From: Hyalangium minutum
GTDB lineage: Bacteria; Myxococcota; Myxococcia; Myxococcales; Myxococcaceae
DNA: 64,000 nt
Direction of reading: 5' to 3'
Assembly (NCBI RefSeq): GCF_000737315.1
Contig: NZ_JMCB01000007.1
Coordinates: forward strand, 186,001 to 250,000
The first letter of the stretch is position 1, and each line of letters begins with the position of its first letter. The notes under the pieces were generated by a model. It did no database searches and was not told the DNA's origin. It saw only the letters and a list, made by a program, of their open reading frames with translations. Shown here piece after piece: positions 61,484 through 64,000 of this stretch. The position numbers and the translations under genes were made by a program.

Positions 61484-62164
61484 ATGAGTGGAGGTGGGCC
61501 TCGCTACGAGCCGTTCGAGCAGAAGCAGGTCGAGCCGGAGTCGTTCCTGCTCGACGTGCGCAAGGAGAAGATCGACCGCGTGGTGGAGCAGCGGACGCGG
61601 ACCTTCACGGTGGTGTTGGACCGGCTGGAGGACAGCTTCAACATGGCGGCGGTGCTGCGCACCTGCGAGGCCATGGGCGTGCAGGAGGTGCACATCGTCA
61701 TCAACCCCGAGGCGCCGTTCTTACCGAACTCGCGCGTGGCCCAGGGGTGCGACAAGTGGCTGGACGTGAAGCAGTACAAGACGTTCGCCGAGTGCCGCGA
61801 GCACCTCAAGAGCCGTGGGTTCGCCCTGTACGCCTCGGCGATCCGCGAGGGCGCGGCGAGCCTGTACTCGCTGCGCTTCGACTCGAAGATCGCGATCATC
61901 TTCGGCAACGAGCGCTATGGGGTGAGCGAGGAGGTGCTCGCGGGCGTGGACGGCACCTTCTGGATCCCCATGCGGGGCTTCAGTCAGAGCGTGAACATCT
62001 CCGCTGCGGCGTCGGCCTGCATCAGCCGGGCGATTGCCTGGCGGGAAGAGCACCTGGGGAAGGTGGGAGACCTGACTCCCGAGGAGGCCCAGGCCCTGCG
62101 CGAGCGCTTCTATGTCCTGGCTGTCAAGCAAAGGAAGCGGATTTTCAAGGGAAAGCAGCCGTGA
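61484..62164 (+). CDS. TrmH/SpoU family RNA methyltransferase
   Basis: [45 protein letters not shown]. Confidence 0.88.
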   Translation: MSGGGPRYEPFEQKQVEPESFLLDVRKEKIDRVVEQRTRTFTVVLDRLEDSFNMAAVLRTCEAMGVQEVHIVINPEAPFLPNSRVAQGCDKWLDVKQYKTFAECREHLKSRGFALYASAIREGAASLYSLRFDSKIAIIFGNERYGVSEEVLAGVDGTFWIPMRGFSQSVNISAAASACISRAIAWREEHLGKVGDLTPEEAQALRERFYVLAVKQRKRIFKGKQP

Positions 62165-62242
62165 ATGAGGGGGGCGAGGCCCCCGTCTGAAGCGCTAGAA
62201 GCCATCACGGGCCCATGGGGCCTGCTCGGAGATCGCACCGCC

Positions 62243-63070
62243 ATGCTCATCGACACCTTGCTCGCCCTCCTGCTGTCCGCGCAGCCTGCTGCGCCGGTGG
62301 CCCAGGCGCAGAAGCCCGCAGCGGCCGCCGAGTCCAAGCCCGCGGAGGCGAAGCCTGCTGGTGACCCCGCTGCGAAGCCCGCGACTCCTGCTCCCGCTCC
62401 GGCGGCTCCGGCTCCTGCGGCGGCCACTCCTGCGGCCGAGCCCAGCAAGCCCGCCGGGACGGTGAAGGGCAGCGTGGCGCCGGACGTGAAGGCGCTGGTG
62501 GAGCGGATGCAGGCCTTCTACGAGAAGACCACCGACTTCCGGTCGGACTTCAAGCAAGACTACAAGTACAAGACCTTCCGCCGGACCCAGACGTCCACGG
62601 GGACGGTGACGTACAAGAAGCCGGCGCTGATGCGCTGGGAGTACGAGAATCCCTCGAAGCGCACGTTCGTGTTGGCGGGCAGCAAGGTGTACGCGTACGA
62701 CCCGGAGGCGCAGAGCCTCACAGTGGCGAGCCTGGACACGAGCAAGCTCTCGGCTTCGGTGACGTTCCTGTTCGGGCAGGGGAAACTGGCCGACGAGTTC
62801 AACATCAAGAAGGGCACGTGCGCGGATTGCAAGGGCACGCTCCTGGTGCTGGACCCAGCGCAGCCGGATCCGCGCTTCCGTCAGGTGCGCCTGGAGGTGG
62901 ACACCAACACGGCGCAGGTGCTCAAGAGCACGGTGGTGGATCCGGATGGCAGCGAGAACACCATCTCGTTCCTGAACCTGAAGCAGAACGTGGGCATCTC
63001 GGCGGATAGCTTCAAGATCAACCCGCCCGAGGGCACGCGCGTCGACGACTTCACCAAGCCGAAGAAGTAG
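62243..63070 (+). CDS. lolA: Outer-membrane lipoprotein carrier protein LolA
   Basis: Signal peptide plus Ala/Pro linker, then FKQ...GTVTYKKPALMRWEYENP, the LolA signature. Start moved to ATG 62243. Confidence 0.85.
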   Translation: MLIDTLLALLLSAQPAAPVAQAQKPAAAAESKPAEAKPAGDPAAKPATPAPAPAAPAPAAATPAAEPSKPAGTVKGSVAPDVKALVERMQAFYEKTTDFRSDFKQDYKYKTFRRTQTSTGTVTYKKPALMRWEYENPSKRTFVLAGSKVYAYDPEAQSLTVASLDTSKLSASVTFLFGQGKLADEFNIKKGTCADCKGTLLVLDPAQPDPRFRQVRLEVDTNTAQVLKSTVVDPDGSENTISFLNLKQNVGISADSFKINPPEGTRVDDFTKPKK

Positions 63071-63076
63071 CCCGAC

Positions 63077-64000
63077 GTGCGCCGCGCGCTCCTCGTGGCC
63101 CTGTGTGTCCTGGCCGGTTGCCACCGGAGTACGGTAGCTGCGCCCGAGAAGGGCAGCTTCGCCGGGAAGACCTTCCCGCTGCTGTCCTCCCCAGCGTTGC
63201 GCCTCGTCATTGCAGGCAGCCTGGGCGCGAAGCAGGTGCCGATCATGCTCGATGTGGATCGGCCCCTATCGGTGGTGGCCCCCGCATGCTTCGAGGGAGC
63301 ACCGCCTCCCATCGAGGGGCAGGTGCGTGCCCCCGACCCCAACGGCATGAAGGAGTGGGCGATGGTGCCGCTGCCGGGCTTTCGCGTGGGTGACGTCGCG
63401 CTGCCGGGCTTTTCCGCGGGCCTCACTCGAGAGCCGGTCTGTTCCGTGACGCTGGGCATGGACGTGCTCCACCCGTACGCGCTCACGGTGGATCCGCTGC
63501 GCCGCGAGGTGTCCTTTGCCGTGTCGCGCTCCCGAGAGGCGTACATGGCCGAGCTCACCGCGCCCGGCGCGGACCCCTCTCAAGAGGCGCACGTGCTGGA
63601 GCTGAGCCGCGAGCCCAAGGGCGACTGGCCGTTGCTGGCGGGCCGGGTGGTGCAAGGCGAAGCCCGCTTGACGGGGCCCTTCGTGCTCTCGACGCGCGAT
63701 CCGTTCTCTCGAATCGCGGTGGGCGCTGCCGAGGCGCAGGGCCTGAAGCCGCTGGAGACCGCCAGCGGCCAGCCCGCGCGCGCTATGTGGGTGGATGCCG
63801 TGGAGGTGGCTCAGGGCGTGGGCGTGCGTTCGCTCCCGGTCGAGACGGGCGGGTGGGCCTCTCCGAGTTCGCTGGGGCGCCTGGGGCCGGATGTCTGGGG
63901 CCGCTTCCGGGCAACCATTGATGCGCAGGCGGGTGTCCTTCTGCTCCGCCGGCCTCGAGTGCTGGCCTCGGGAGCGCGCCAGCGCTGCGCCCGGCCTGGT
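63077..64000 (+). CDS. Lipoprotein with tandem retropepsin-like domains, partial (runs off window)
   Basis: Manual translation: VRRALLVALCVLAGC lipobox; IMLDVD...LGMDVL and FVLSTRD...LGPDVW repeat the aspartyl-protease fold pattern. 308 open codons to the window edge. Confidence 0.6.
   Translation, partial: MRRALLVALCVLAGCHRSTVAAPEKGSFAGKTFPLLSSPALRLVIAGSLGAKQVPIMLDVDRPLSVVAPACFEGAPPPIEGQVRAPDPNGMKEWAMVPLPGFRVGDVALPGFSAGLTREPVCSVTLGMDVLHPYALTVDPLRREVSFAVSRSREAYMAELTAPGADPSQEAHVLELSREPKGDWPLLAGRVVQGEARLTGPFVLSTRDPFSRIAVGAAEAQGLKPLETASGQPARAMWVDAVEVAQGVGVRSLPVETGGWASPSSLGRLGPDVWGRFRATIDAQAGVLLLRRPRVLASGARQRCARPG

Overview
High-GC (~70%) chromosomal segment of a myxobacterium (Myxococcales, probably Cystobacterineae), largely syntenic with the Myxococcus xanthus priA ... 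recA1 ... tonB/exbB/exbD-oar-mlpA ... ftsK ... gatCAB ... pkn1 ... rplU-rpmA-obgE region. About 55 CDS are supported. I saw no rRNA, tRNA, CRISPR array, transposase or integrase. Most very long ORFs in the six-frame track are antisense shadows of real genes. Two genes running off the window edges are absent from the track: a FadL/PorV-like barrel at 1-626 (-) and a tandem retropepsin-like lipoprotein at 63077-64000 (+). Best leads: (1) a two-gene cassette just upstream of priA, pairing a signal-peptide-less goose-type lysozyme (ribosome-binding site inside a predicted hairpin) with a catalytically eroded HD-CE-like domain fused to an intact GHKL/Hsp90-type ATPase, a candidate undescribed defence or lysis module; (2) correctly spaced sigma54 -24/-12 elements in front of both the recA1-type paralogue and comM, near cinA, suggesting a sigma54-controlled recombination/competence regulon; (3) several proteins with substituted catalytic motifs or unusual tails (P450 with AGHIT, pseudo-receiver/HPL J-like giant coiled-coil protein, PPase lacking substrate-binding residues, Obg with a histone H1-like tail). 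All assignments come from motif recognition and recall of homologues; no database searches were run.
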